From Lama glama (Eukaryota), in assembly GCA_028534125.1 (NCBI GenBank), contig CM052816.1:71674001-71738000 (forward strand): a stretch of 64,000 nt of DNA. Direction: 5' to 3'. The notes beneath the pieces were generated by a model that was given only the letters and a program-made list of their open reading frames with translations, was not told where the DNA came from and searched no databases. Made by a program: the position numbers and the translations under genes. Of the stretch, positions 12,391 through 25,171 are shown in pieces. Positions within the stretch are counted from its first letter, which is position 1, and each line of letters starts with the position of its first letter.

Positions 12391-13429
12391 TACAATCCAT
12401 TTCTCTAGGATGATTATGTGATGGAGAAAGAAAATTTTGACCAAGAAAACCTTGAGACTTTAGGAGAATCTCTTTCCACCAAAATTAATCCTATAGCCTG
12501 AACTCCAAATCACCCTGGATTGTGTATCCCAATAATTTTTAGGTATTTGAGAATGGAGCCTCATCCATGGAGGACTGGGATCTGACTAAACAGGTCTGAG
12601 ACCCATGCTGTCAGATAGACTACCTATGGGAATCAAGTCTATCTAAAATGTTCCCAGCTGCCAGCAGTAAAAGAATAAACCATTAGTTTCCTTCAAGTGG
12701 AGACTAACACATGCAGGGAGCTCTCCCTGGTGCTGCTTAAAAACTTGACCAAAGAATGTCTCCTCTGTTTAATAATCTTTTGAATACTGCTTGTCTGATA
12801 TGTCTCTAGTATATCTTACTTAAAAGGTGATCTGTCTTGCTTCCTCCCAATCCCACCAAATCTCTTGAAAAACCACTGTTGCAACTGTGATCTGATCGGA
12901 TTCTAAACATACACCCAGTTCCAGTTATTATGCAGAGCTCCCACCCTATAGCCAGTTCCTCTATCATCAAGTCACCCTAAACTACATTGCCCAGTACAAA
13001 AACTGTTACCTATTGAAAGCTAAATTTATATGCATTATTATTTTGAAAAGCATAAAATTTATTTGATTAAAATGCAAGGTTAGTCAGGAAGGAGATTTGG
13101 GCCAGCAAATAAAACTGGAAGATCACAATAACTCTAAGTTAAATAATTGTTCAGAATTTTATACAAAAGGAACAAAAGCCATATACCAAATTGAGTGAAT
13201 CAAAATTAAGATATGATAGGAGATGCTCTCTTCTTTCATATGTCAACTTTTTTAATGTCACTCATTACCAGTATGGATTTAGCTACTTAACTTGTCAAGT
13301 AAATAGTCATTAATCCATGTGTATTCTTTTAACATCAGATTGGGGTATCTTTTCAGAGTGGGGAAAACTGTCTTTCTGTCAAAATTCTTCAAGTTTGCTA
13401 TACTTCACTGTGAAAATGTTCAAACAGAC

Positions 13430-13960
13430 ACAAGGATTCTGACTTCCAGATACGGTGGAAGGGCATGCTGGAGAGAGTCTAAGCATAGGTACAGAGGTAG
13501 GGAAGCGCTAGAGCATATTTGGGACGTGGTGAGTGGAGATTATGACCGGAACATCGTATATTCAGCACATTGGCGGGAGAGAAGCCAAGAAACATTTAGA
13601 CACTGATGAGAGTGTGGAGGCTGTAACTCCTAAGTAAGCAAGTCAACTGATTAGCACAGGAGTGTTAGTGTTAGCATAGTAGCAGTAGTGTCACCGGGGG
13701 AAGAGGAAACACTAGACGCTTACAACTGGTTATAAGACTGTTCTAATGGCTTAGGTATGCAGATGTGAAGGCATAATCTAGAATTTTGTCAGAAGAGATA
13801 AAAAGAAGAAAATAAATGGGAAAGACACTTAGGAATTAGAGCTAATAGAACCTGGTGATTAATTTAAAGGTGGAGTGGATTTTCATGGGAGAGTAAGTCA
13901 AAGAAGGCCAACCTTTTTAGCTTGGGTGACTGAATCCCACTATGTGAGCGCTCAAGCATT
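13430..13960 (+). mobile_element. Degenerate L2 fragment
   Basis: Purine-rich L2-like motifs (agaacctggtgattaatttaaaggtgg, tagcttgggtgactg). Confidence 0.45.
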
Positions 13961-15265
13961 TGAATAGAATGATGATGAAGAATTTGGCTTGGAAGTTGTG
14001 GTATTTTAAGTGGCAGCAAAGCGTTGGCTGGGAATGTGAACCAAACAATTGGAAAGATAGGACTAGAGTTGAAGAGAGAGGCTGGGTTGAGAGACTAAGA
14101 CTTGGTTGTGAGCTGCACAAAAAAAAAAATTGTCAAACTAAATTAAATGAAAATGAAATAGGTTGATCTGCTCTTCTGGTCCTTGACTCCATCTGGATCT
14201 TGGGATTATGTGTCTGTAATTTGAAGGAATTTCCACAAGGTGGTGGTGCGTTCTTATTAGGTAGCGTGGGCTTGATACCAAAATAAATATTAACAGGAAA
14301 CCAAAGACAACCGTTTTTTGCCCCCTCTTTGGCATTCTTTTAGAGCTACTATTTGATGTATTATGTGAAAATGTTCTTTACTAACAAAGTAGAACTATAT
14401 AATTTATCTTATTATTTTCTAATATACATGAAAAGCGTAAAAGTTACTTGGAGTGATAATTAAATCAGTTGTAAAAATCTGGAATAATTAGGGCCATCCC
14501 AACTTTCCATGTGAAAATAAAACTTGATATTTTCTCAAACTTCTGGCATAATTTAGTTATATAATCTCTTCTGTTTGCTTTTATGACAGAACACTCATTT
14601 AGTCTCCTTATTTTTTCAAATCAATCTTTCTTTTTCCCAGTGGTCTCATATTTTAAAATGAAAATAGTATTTTCCTTCTGGGTTTGAAAGCATTGTTCCA
14701 CCCACACCCTCTAGAAATTCATATTCTCTTGACAGCCATATCCCACTCACACTTGCCTACAGGGCCAAATAAAAACATGCTCTCGTCTCATGTGGCTGAG
14801 TCATCAGTGAATCACATAATACTGCAAATATTCTGCGTCTCTAGTTATCTGAACTCTTAACCGCATATTCACTATAAATACTTGCACAAATTTTTCCACA
14901 TTCATTATTGAAACCATAGTCTAATGTACCAGTAAAAACATCTAAATTGCTTTAAGAGTTTGAATGAGAGGATGTATGTAGATTGTGTTTTAGTCCTAGC
15001 TCTTCTCCTAATAGGATCTTTGTCTAAAAGTATTGTGCATTATCAGTTGTCTTCTTTACATTAAGTAAAGATATCTTTTAAGAAATTAGATGAGCCTAAA
15101 GTCCAGAAAAACCTATCCATTGGAAGAAAAATTATAAATATTAAATTGAGTGGAGAGAGAACTCATAAAAGATGTCACCTGGTTTGTTTGTTTGTTGTTT
15201 GGTCAGGCTTCTTGAGTTGTTTCCAAGAGATAGTTACAAAGGTTTTTAATTTTTATAACACTCTT

Positions 15266-15545
15266 CTTTTTTTTTATTGTGCCTCCTTTATTCATTCTTT
15301 TTTTTTTTAATTGAAGTACAGTCTCAGGGAAAGGGGGTGGGAGGGATAAGTTTGGGAGTTTGAGATTTGCAAATGTCAGCCACTCTATATAAAAATAGAT
15401 TTAAAAAAAACAGGTTTCTTCTGTATAGCACAAGGAACTATATTCAATATCTTGTAATAACCTTTAATGAAAAAGAATATGACAACAAATATATGTATGT
15501 ATATTCATGACTGAAACATTGTGCTGTACACTAGAAATTGACACA
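15266..15545 (-). mobile_element. Young L1 insertion, 5'-inverted (twin-primed), with 3' transduction
   Basis: polyT, unique 22 nt, polyT, antisense L1 terminus (15309-15323), then sense L1 3' UTR (15324-15545). TSD ttataa(c/t)actctt at 15253-15265 and 15546-15558. Confidence 0.9.
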
Positions 15546-15679
15546 TTATAATACTCTTGATAAGAAGATAAAATTTAAATAAAAATACATTCTCAACAAT
15601 ACAACATGGTTACACAAATTCACTGCATTAAGTTTGGATAACTTACATTTTCAAACTGGATACTGTAAAAACCAACAGT

Positions 15680-16830
15680 TGTCTTCACTTACTTGAGAGT
15701 ACAATGATTTTCTACATGTGAGAAAGTAGAACAAGGAAAAAAAATGATGAAGAGTGTGACTGGTACTAAAGAACTGGAGAAATAACCATGTGCGGTGTAT
15801 TAATAGCCTCAGTCATTGTGGACTGTCTTTAAAAACCATGTTGACACAACAGAAAGAGTTGAACATCTTCAGAGATCTGAAGAAAAAGGAGACGGAGGAG
15901 AGAGATATTCACCCCAAGACTTAGTGTGAGTAGGTGCCAGATACTTAAGAAGATTTAAAAATTATGCACAACCATGTAATTGGAAGGTCATAGGTGAAGC
16001 AGCTGCTGCTAATCGGAGACAGTAGTGATTCTCGCCAGAATGCTGCAGAAGACTATTGATAAACAAAGCACATTTTCAATATTGATGAAACTGGATACCA
16101 CTAGAGATGAATGTCATCACGTAGATTTATTCCAAATTGCTAGGAGAAAACAATGCCAAACACGTGAAGCATCCAAAGATAGGCTAATGCTTTTAGATGG
16201 AAATTGTGAGGTACCATGAAGGTTGGTTTATCACGCCCCAACAGCATGGATTTAAGAGACTGTTGAAGAGTGCTCTGCAAAGCGAATGCTTAATGATTAC
16301 AGGAAGTGTTACCTTCATGAATATTCATGATGGAATACACGAAGAAGGGAAATCTTGCAAACAAGTCTCTTTGATAGCAGTGTTCCCAAATGTTCTTCTG
16401 TTGTTATTGATCAGGAACATTCTATCTGAGTAGTCTTTTTTTTTTTTTTTCGTCTGTAGTGTTATTGATTAATAAGATCCCATTTAAATGGTCTTTTTTG
16501 CCTCTCAAAGAGTATGTGTAGTATCTGGTGTGGCAGTCCTCCATTAAAAGATTTATGGAATAGTCTTGACATCAAGATGGTCCTTAAAACTTATCAATCA
16601 GATTTTGACAGATTGTATCACAACATGTAAAGAACAAAGTATGGAAGACACTTGCCTCACAGTTTGTTGCTCTTTTCCAAAGTTTAAGGAAATGATTGAT
16701 GCAAAGCAAAAAATCTTAGCGATTGCAAAGGAAATTAGACTTACTGAATAAATAATGAAAAGTTTGAAGAACTGTTAGCTTCAAATAGCAAAGAACTTAT
16801 CCCCAAGGAATCCATTTAACGGATAAAAAG
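15680..16830 (+). mobile_element. Fossil Tigger/pogo DNA transposon with decayed DDE transposase
   Basis: Collinear peptides RRFKNYAQPCNWKVIGEAAAAN (~15950), HIFNIDETG (~16070), EASKDRLMLLDGN (~16165), ILAIAKEI and FEELLASNSKEL (~16710-16800) match pogo/Tigger motifs. Stops and deletions throughout. Confidence 0.85.
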
Positions 16831-16869
16831 GAGACCCACACTACTGGCATCAGATTTTTAAAATACATT

Positions 16870-17720
16870 TAATGTCATGCAGATAAAATGATGACTTTTG
16901 CTGGTGATCTTGATATGATGGAATATGTATGGAACCCAGGTTATCCACTCTGGTACCTTGAGGTACACTATCTTTTCTAGTGGAAACTATGAATGGACAT
17001 ATATAGCAGCCTTGGCCTGAGAATGATGTGATTACCAAGAGCTCAGCTCCCGCAGGAAAGAAGATTTGGGTTGTACCACCAGGTTAGTCACAGTGGTGGT
17101 TAATTTTGTGTCAGCTAGACCTGGCCACAGGGTACCCAAATATTTGATCAAGCATTATGCTGGGCATGTCTTTATGTGGTGTTTCTGGATGAGATTAACT
17201 TTTGAGTTGGTAGGCTGAATAAAGTAGAGTGCCCTCTCTAATGTGGGTGACACTCAGCCCATCAGCTGAAGGTTTAAATGTAACAAAAAGTCTGATCCTA
17301 CTTTTTGAGTAGGGGGGAACTCCTTCTCCCTGACAGCTTGAACTGGGATGTTGGTCTTTTTCAGCCTTTGGACTCAGGCTGAAACGTCGGTGCTTTTTGG
17401 GTCTTGAGCCTGTTAGACCACTTTTGGACTGAAACTTACACCACTGCTCCCCTGGTTCTCAAGCCTTCAGCCTCAGACTGGAGTTACACGTTAGCACTCC
17501 TAGGTCTCCAGCTTGTCAACTACAGATGTTGGGACTTCTCTGCCTCCAAAATCACATGAACCAGTTCCTTATAGTAATTCTCTTTCTCTTTCTTTGACTC
17601 CATTTACATATATATATGGTCACCAAGACCTGCAGATGTTAGAGAGGAGTAGATGTAATGGACAGTGGAGGAGGGACACAGTACCAAGCTGTGATCATGA
17701 GAACAGCTGAGCTGCACTGA
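16870..17720 (+). mobile_element. ERVL internal fragment split by an MLT2 LTR
   Basis: gatttgggttgtaccaccaggttagtcac | caagacctgcag...atggacagtggaggaggga rejoins across the LTR. Confidence 0.6.
17092..17618 (+). mobile_element. MLT2 (MLT2B/C-like) LTR lacking its 3' terminus
   Basis: gtggtggttaattttgtgtcagctagac...ctggatgagattaac... motifs. GTCAC flanks at 17087-17091 and 17619-17623. Confidence 0.85.
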
Positions 17721-18009
17721 CGAGGGCAAGAGTTTGTCCCGCTATTTTTCATCTTCTAAGAGGAGGACCTACGGCCAATTCCTGAGGAGACCCCCTTATT
17801 TAACAGGTTATGCAAAGAAAGATGAATCAGCCAAGGAGACTGGGGAGTAGCCAGAGAAAATCAATGGTGTGTAGCACCAGCAGAGCCAGTGCAATAGAAT
17901 TTTTTAGGAAGGAAGGTGCTCTCAGGAGATGAAGTCCATGGGAAGAATGAGGGAGCCGGTACCCAAAGATTCACACGTAAGTGGATCTGTACGTTGAGTG
18001 CAGTAGACG

Positions 18010-18462
18010 ATGGGGCAGCCATGAAGAGAACCTTTGATGTGGAACATAGCCGAGCGCCAGCCTCCAGTTACCATGCCACTGAAACTTCTGTGGCATTCAT
18101 GCCACAGCCATCTTCTCCCAGGGCCCCTCCCAGCCAGTGGCTGAGCATGGCAATAGAATTAGAGCAAAGTCATTTTTTGCCTGATGTGGGACTCTTTTAT
18201 GGGCAACTTTTGCCTAGGGAGTTCCACCAGCCTAGCCAAGATTTTTTTTTCCAGAAATGCAGGGTAGTCTGAAGTTCTTTTTACCCTACCCTCCTTTCTT
18301 CCTTCTTTTCCAAAGTGTCATACCTGAGTCACAGTCTGAAGACTTTTCTCCCCTTCTGCTTCCTACTCGCCCTCCTTGTCCTTCACGGGCATTTTTCACA
18401 GCAAATCTCTTGTACGTCCCATCTCTGCTTGGCAATTACTTCTCAGAACTCCCAAACTGACA
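18010..18462 (+). mobile_element. LTR16B-like ERVL solo LTR
   Basis: cccagccagtggctgagcatggc...cctgatgtgggactc...aatctcttgtacgtcccatctctgcttggc...cccaaactgaca end. Confidence 0.75.
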
Positions 18463-18559
18463 TTCTTATAGGTCTGAAATTTAATGAGACTAGCACATCT
18501 CTCTCCATTTAGCCTTAGCTGGAGTTACTCAAAGACCAGAGATGAATTATTTGAAAACT

Positions 18560-18885
18560 GACTCACATTTTTGACACTTGAGGTTGGCCCTTGCCTAAGA
18601 CCTTGGCTGAATCTGTTTGCTGCAATGTCTATACATGGCCTCTCCCTTTGGCCTGGGTTTCCTTCCCCACATGATTCCTGGGCCACAGTTCCTAAGAGAC
18701 AGCTAGCCAAAAGCCATGTTGCTTTTTAACGACCCAGCTGCAGACGTCACACAGCTTCTTATCTGCTGTGTCCTATTGGTCCCACACAGAGCCAGCTCTG
18801 ATTCAACATTGGAGGCAGTCGCACACGGACATTACTACTGAGAACTAGGAATCACTGCGGGCCATCTCGGGGGCTGGCTACCCGA
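18560..18885 (-). mobile_element. MaLR MLT1 (H/I-like) LTR fragment
   Basis: ctatacatggcctctcc, gtcacacagcttc...ctattggtc, gggccatctcgggggctggctacc. Confidence 0.65.
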
Positions 18886-18979
18886 GTCTAAATGTAACAC
18901 AAAATGTATAGATCTTAAAAATACTATGTTAATTTAAAACAAAGTAAGAAGCAGAAGGAACTCTGGAGCAAAATATTTT

Positions 18980-19224
18980 TACTGGAAAGGAGGAGGGAAG
19001 GGATAAATTGGGAGTTTGAGATTTGCAGATACTGACTGGTATATATAAAATAGATAAACAAGTTTATACTGTATAGCACAGGGAACTATGTTTGATATCT
19101 TGTAGTAGCTTATGGTGAAAAAGAATATGAAAACAAATATATGTATATTTATGTATGACTGAAACGTGCTGTACACCAGAAATTGACACAACATTTTAAA
19201 TTGACTATACTTCAATTAAAAAAA
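18980..19224 (+). mobile_element. Young camelid-type L1 3' end (5'-truncated)
   Basis: gggataaattgggagtttgagatttgcagatac...gaaattgacacaacatt...gactatacttcaattaaaaaaa. Confidence 0.9.
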
Positions 19225-20743
19225 TGTTATAAATTTAAAACATGAGCACAAAACCATACTACACATCTTAAAAGAAAGCATACAAATAAAGGGTCATGCA
19301 TCCAGCATTTTAAAATGGCTGGTTATGGGGAGAGAAGCAGAATGAAGCTTAGGAATGGGAATATAAAGTTTAAAAAAATATATTTTGCTATTCTTAACAA
19401 ATATTTAACTTGAATATAGTTTTCCACTTACACGTGAAAATTCATATTTTGAAACTATGTGCATATGGCAAAATACCATTGGAAGATGGAGGGTTACAAC
19501 TCCATTACTTTCCTTGAAGCAAAAATTTCAGGCAACATGAAATTCTCCCTATAGAAGCTTTATTTCAGTTTCTGTTCAGTTATTGGTGTTTGGTCTGGAG
19601 ATTTGCAAACAGTGCTTGATTAAATTTTCTCATTTGTTGAAGACTGGCCATTGTCTAGCCTCATAATTAACATCAAATTGTTAGGCATGATGATTTCTGT
19701 GTTTTGAGTTCAACTGCTTATGTTTTGTACATGTGGAATTAGAAGATAGTAAATATTAATGGCATTTTGCATGTAAGACATTCTTTCATTTAGCCTATAA
19801 TTCATTTTGATACCATTGTTCACCGTTTATGTATTTAATTTACAGATTCATTATTTGTTTATTCTAAATAAACATTTGGAAATAAATTAGAAAAAACTTG
19901 TGAATTGTAAGGACAAATCTCTAAACTTAATTTTTTTGAAGTTATTTTTCTTAAAACAAAAAATGTGACAATTTATGTAAAATGAGAATATAGTTACTTA
20001 TCTTTAAAAGATTTAAATGAAGACTTTCCCATTTGCAATGTGCTTCTCTTTCATTTTGAAGATATATCTTCACAGAGAATTATAACAAGAGCTATACCAA
20101 TTACTTATACATGTATACATTATCTTAATTCCTCTACCTTTTTAAACCTCTGCATACAAGTCTCTCTAAAAATTCCTTAGTTTGACAGTTGGCAACTAGT
20201 CAATGCTGAACCAATTCCTGCAAAAGGACATCATTTTGCATGTCCTTGGAGACTGGATAATTAATGTGTAATGTTTTACTTAAAACTCTAATTAAGTTTA
20301 AATTAAAATTCTTTGGGTTTTTAATAGAGGAGGGAGCATTTTGGTGCCTATTTCACTTAAATGTTATATTTGCCAGTCTGTCTGAGCCAAACCGCCTTCA
20401 TTTATATGTACCTAATATTGTTGTTTTAATGTTGGCATTTGGTCTGGAAACTAAGAAGACTTTGTGAGTTTTTTCTCTACCCTCCATTACAGTTGTTTCA
20501 CTTTAGTTTGTGCTAAAGATATTATATAATAAATAAGACACTTGTTGTCATTTACTATTTACCCTTTTCTAGAAGCTAGAAAAATACTGTTTACCCTTTC
20601 CTCATAACTTTACTTATAAACACTGCAAATTAAGCCTCATTTTCAAGAGGTTTTTTTCCTATTCATCAAGGAGCCTCATTAGTGACATTTGTAAATATTT
20701 TTTTTCCCTCTGTTACCCTGACTTTCTCCTTTCTGTTCCCCAG

Positions 20744-20795
20744 GCACTGATTCTGTTCTGAGGACCAATCATGTGGATGTGCAAGTTCACCAAAG
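20744..20795 (+). CDS. Candidate exon E (52 nt; xTDSVLRTNHVDVQVHQ)
   Basis: ~45-nt pyrimidine tract with ccctgac branch motif, ccccag acceptor, AAG|gtagga donor. The only open frame enters phase 1 and exits phase 2. Confidence 0.45.
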
Positions 20796-22427
20796 GTAGG
20801 ATGAAAGTTCTCCACCTGTCTTGTCTTTAACTTGAATATAAACTCCACCCCCATCTTTGAGGGGAACCACAGTAGTCTGGACTTGAAATGTCTTCAAATT
20901 AATCTTTACCTTCAATAAGCTACGTTAATTTTACCCACTCTATATTTTCCCTCCTTTGCTGCCTACAGTTCTCAGAATTGGGAAAGAGTACAGTTTATCA
21001 TTTACTATTACTTCTACCCAAGAAAAGTTTTTACTGAAAAAAATCTGTAGTTAGTAGTTTGTAGTATTCAAAGAATCTATGTAGAGACATACACATGAAC
21101 AACTATTGATCATGAACTCGTACATTCAATAAACCTTCAAGGTGGTGATGTGTCATGGTTAGTGTGTTTGAATGGTGACCATTTCTGTAAAAAGAGATCA
21201 ACTAGTTTATAGAAAAATGCAGTCATTTTCAATTTTGGCTTCAGCATTTATGCTTCAAGCAAGTAGAATTTTTCAAAAATCATTGGATTTTGCTATTTTT
21301 AATTGTATTTCAGCCAAATATTGGCTAGGAAATAAATGAGAAGCTCTAAATTAATTGTGGTCTCTGCCAGAATTGAATGAAGGATTCAAGAAAGTGATAC
21401 AAATGATGGTATACTTAATGTACATTACTATTGACCTGGATTTGAAAAGAACAGTATTCTTTTTTTCCTTAAAGCCTACAGGGCTCAGAACACTAGCCTA
21501 ATATGCACATTTATTATTGCTATAGCAAATACATAATTAAAACAGAGATAAAAAAACCACTCTGCTTTTTCATGAATTTGCATCATTGGGAGATTAAATT
21601 ATATCATCCATAACAGTAAATTGTAGCAAAGTAAATACAGGGGAAAATCTATTTTAAAGAGTAACTAGTAGTGTAAACCATTTTTGAAAGCAGCTATTAG
21701 ATTTTTCTGAAGTAAAAATAAAATTGTAACTCTTGGTTTCATAAGAATTTATCTTGGCTTTTTGCCAATAGATCTTTTTGGTCAGTAATTTATTTATCTA
21801 GCAAATATTTGTCAACCACTAAGCTAAAATAGGATGTTTGTATTTAGTGTTATTTATCTCAAATTGTTACTTTTAACAATTTGAAATCCTAAGGCTATAT
21901 TTATATTTTTTTAAATGCCAAAATGCCTACAATAACACGGTTTTAAATATATACAAAATATATGGCAATACTATTATTTGAATTTAAACCTCCTAAACTT
22001 CCTAGTATAAATATTTTGGTAAATTTTTGTGAGTATTTATATAATTTATAATATTATATATGTATTTATTATATTATTCAGTAATATGATTATCTAGTGA
22101 GACTTTTTAGATTGAATATACATAAGCAAATTAATTTAAGATGTAAATTTGGTTAAAATGTTAGTAAACAACATTCAAGACATTTACACTATATTTAAAA
22201 AAAAATAGCCATGTGCTTAAATTCATCTATATAGAAGGGAAAAGAAGAGAGAGAGAAACAGAGAGGGAGAGAGGGAGAGGAAGAAAGTATATGAATGTGA
22301 GAGTATTTGCAAAGTATTTAAGGTAGTGAATAAATTTAAAATCATTAATTTGAATATTTGAATCTAGTTCAAATAATTTTGAATCTATATGATAACATTG
22401 TTATGATTTATTGAAGCAGATGAATTC

Positions 22428-22779
22428 CACAGTCCCTAAGTGTCGGCAGGGGGATTGGTTCCAGGACCCCTGCAGTTGTCAAAACTTGCCAACACACACA
22501 CACAAATCCCTTATATAAAGTGGCATAGTATTTGCATATAACCTATGTGTGTTCTCTTATATACTTAAATCATCTCTAGATTACTTATAATATGGAATAC
22601 AATATAAATACTATGTAAATTGTTGTAAATACAATGTGCTACATAAATAGTTGTGAGAGGTGTGACAAATTCAAGTTTTACTTTGGAACTGCCTGGAATT
22701 TTTTTTCTGACTATTTTTGATCCACTGTTGGTTGAATCTGAGGATACGGAATCTGAGGTAAGGAGGGAGGATGACTGTA
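22428..22779. mobile_element. MER2/MER2B non-autonomous Tigger element
   Basis: gggggattggttccaggacccc...aaatcccttatataaagtggcatagtatttgcatataacc...ttggttgaatctgaggatacggaa...gactg TA. Confidence 0.9.
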
Positions 22780-23659
22780 CTCACACTGAATCTTTGATTT
22801 TTTTGTGTGTGTGCAATTTATCATTTACTGCCTGTTCTCTTTTATTGTTTTTAACTTCTAAGAAAAGGTGTACACTCTCGTCTTTTCAATTAAATATAAA
22901 TCCCTTGATGTCATGGGTTATATCTTCTACTTCCCTGTGACCTCCACAGAGTATGTCTTATACGGGCCACACAATAGCTTCATATATGTGGATTGATTAA
23001 TTGAGGACTAGTCATATTTATTGATCAGGTCTTTTATATAAAAATATAATTTGCATAATGTGGAATGATGTGCAACTTAATTATGATTTTCTAAAAATAG
23101 TATTTTTTATATCATACAGAGTGGATCCAAGATTTTAAAACTGCTTTAGAACTAAAGAAAATGAATACATTAGCGCATAATTAGAATTTATACCAATGCA
23201 TACATTTTGGATATGCAATTGACTTAATTTAATTGGTACTACTCTGCCTTCATTTAAATAGATTTCAAAATATCTGGGAATTTTAAAAAATGAATTTAGT
23301 CTCTTAAAATTTCTTGTAAACATGATGAATAATGTAAGATATAGTCAAAATGTACATTTCTTAATAACTTTACATGAAATTAATTTTACATTAAATCGAC
23401 TTTGCAGGAAATGGAATCATTTGTAGACCTATTACTGTTATTTATACTGTATTTTAGGTAGGTTTCTCTTTTAACAATGAAAATACAGTATTTTCATGTT
23501 GCTATTAAAAACTAATTTCATGAACTGACTTTAATCTTTCCTAAGGTTATAAATTAGGAGACTATCAGAGGATTTTAAATTTTAGAGTATTTTCTTGTAT
23601 CTGTGGGATGGATACATTACATATCTCTAGTTCTTTGCTTATCTGCTCTATTTTCTGGG

Positions 23660-23882
23660 TTTTTAAATTTTTTTTAAATTGAAGTATAGTCAGTTTACAA
23701 CATTGTGTCAATTTCTGGTGTACAGCATAATTTTCAGTCATACATATACATACATATATTCATTTTCATATTTTTTTCATAATAGGTTACTATAAAATGT
23801 TGAATATAGTTCCCTGTGCTACACAGTAGAGACCTGTTGTTTATCTGTTTTAAATATAGTAGTCAATATCTTCAAATTTCAA
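23660..23882 (-). mobile_element. Young camelid-type L1 3' end
   Basis: polyT-aattgaagtatagtcagtttaca...ttccctgtgctacacagta is the antisense of the 18980 element. Confidence 0.9.
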
Positions 23883-23889
23883 ATTATTT

Positions 23890-24830
23890 CTTAATCTCTT
23901 TCTTCCACCTCACTAATTGTCTTCAACTATGTTTAATCTGCCGAATCTTATATTTTGAACTTAAATTATTGTGTTTTCTTTCTTTCTAATAGTCTTGTTA
24001 GTGATTCTTTTCTAAGCCACCAGAGTTTTTGGTTTGCTTGTTTGTTATAATCTCTTGTTCTTTAGTTTTGATGCTCTCTAATTTTTTTAAAGACATTAAG
24101 CTTTGCTTTTACACTGTTCTGATCATTATAAGATCTACAGTTTTGGTGGGAAAATTTCTGCAATTGCTGTATCTGTTGATGCACACTCATTTGTTTGCTC
24201 ACATGTTCTGCAACGTATCATTCTGAGTTTGTGTTCTTTGGAGCTTTATCTGTGAGAATCCCTCGGAACCAGGGTTGATCCTCTCAGGAACCATTTGCAC
24301 TTCCATGCTTCCTCCATGCACTGGGTGGGGGGGGGCACTGTTGACACAGGACCATCGTCATCTTAATTTGGGGCTTGGAGTTTTCAAATTCTGAGAATGT
24401 AAGAATTCTGGAACTTGGCCTAAAGAAGGGCTTTGCTAGTAGGCACATTCTGGGAAGAATTTTCATTATTTTTCTTCCATCTAGAGCCAAGATCAGACAA
24501 ACAAGAATTTTCTCTGTATCCCTCTGTGAGACAGGTTTTTCCTAGTTTTCCCAGGTAAGGTATTACCTTTGGGAATCCTGGCTTTGTGCAGAAGTCTCTG
24601 TTTTAATCTCTCCATTCATGAGTCCTCGGTTTGTCTTCTGACATATTAAAATTAAGTTCAGAGACACTAGGGGTCATCCCATGCCCCCATAAGATGCTCC
24701 TGCTCCCAAACTGCCTTGTTAACTTTTCATTGCTTCTTGTCTTGGAGGATATTCCTAATTATCCTCCCACTTCAAGCATTATTTCCAACAAACTTAAAAA
24801 AAAGAATAGTTCATTCCGAATTTTAGGAGG
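23890..24830 (-). mobile_element. Very old L1/HAL1-like fragment
   Basis: T-rich antisense L1-like sequence (ctcactaattgtcttcaactatgtttaatctg...). Family uncertain. Confidence 0.4.
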
Positions 24831-25142
24831 TCTGTACTGACCCACCTTTTGCTAAAAATGCGAAGACCTGAGGCAAATATTTTGCAATAATTCATTGACT
24901 GTTTTCACTCATTCCAGAACAAATCTCTTTTAGCATAAATAACAATTATTAAAAAGTTACTAATAGTGCAGACTTCCTTATTATATCAAAATCATTTTTT
25001 CTTGATTAGAATGATCATTTCTATCACCTCTTTCCTAAAATGCATTTAGCTAAGCCAGTGGTACTAAATGAAAAAAAAAATTGTTTTGACCGTGAATTCT
25101 AAATATTGTATTGTCTAAATTTTTTTAAATATTGCTTTTCAG

Positions 25143-25171
25143 CATAAACCATGCTTATGATTTTGATCTAT
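25143..25171 (+). CDS. Candidate exon F (29 nt; SINHAYDFDL)
   Basis: attgcttttcag acceptor and TAT|gtaagg donor. The only open frame enters phase 2 and exits phase 1. Confidence 0.35.
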
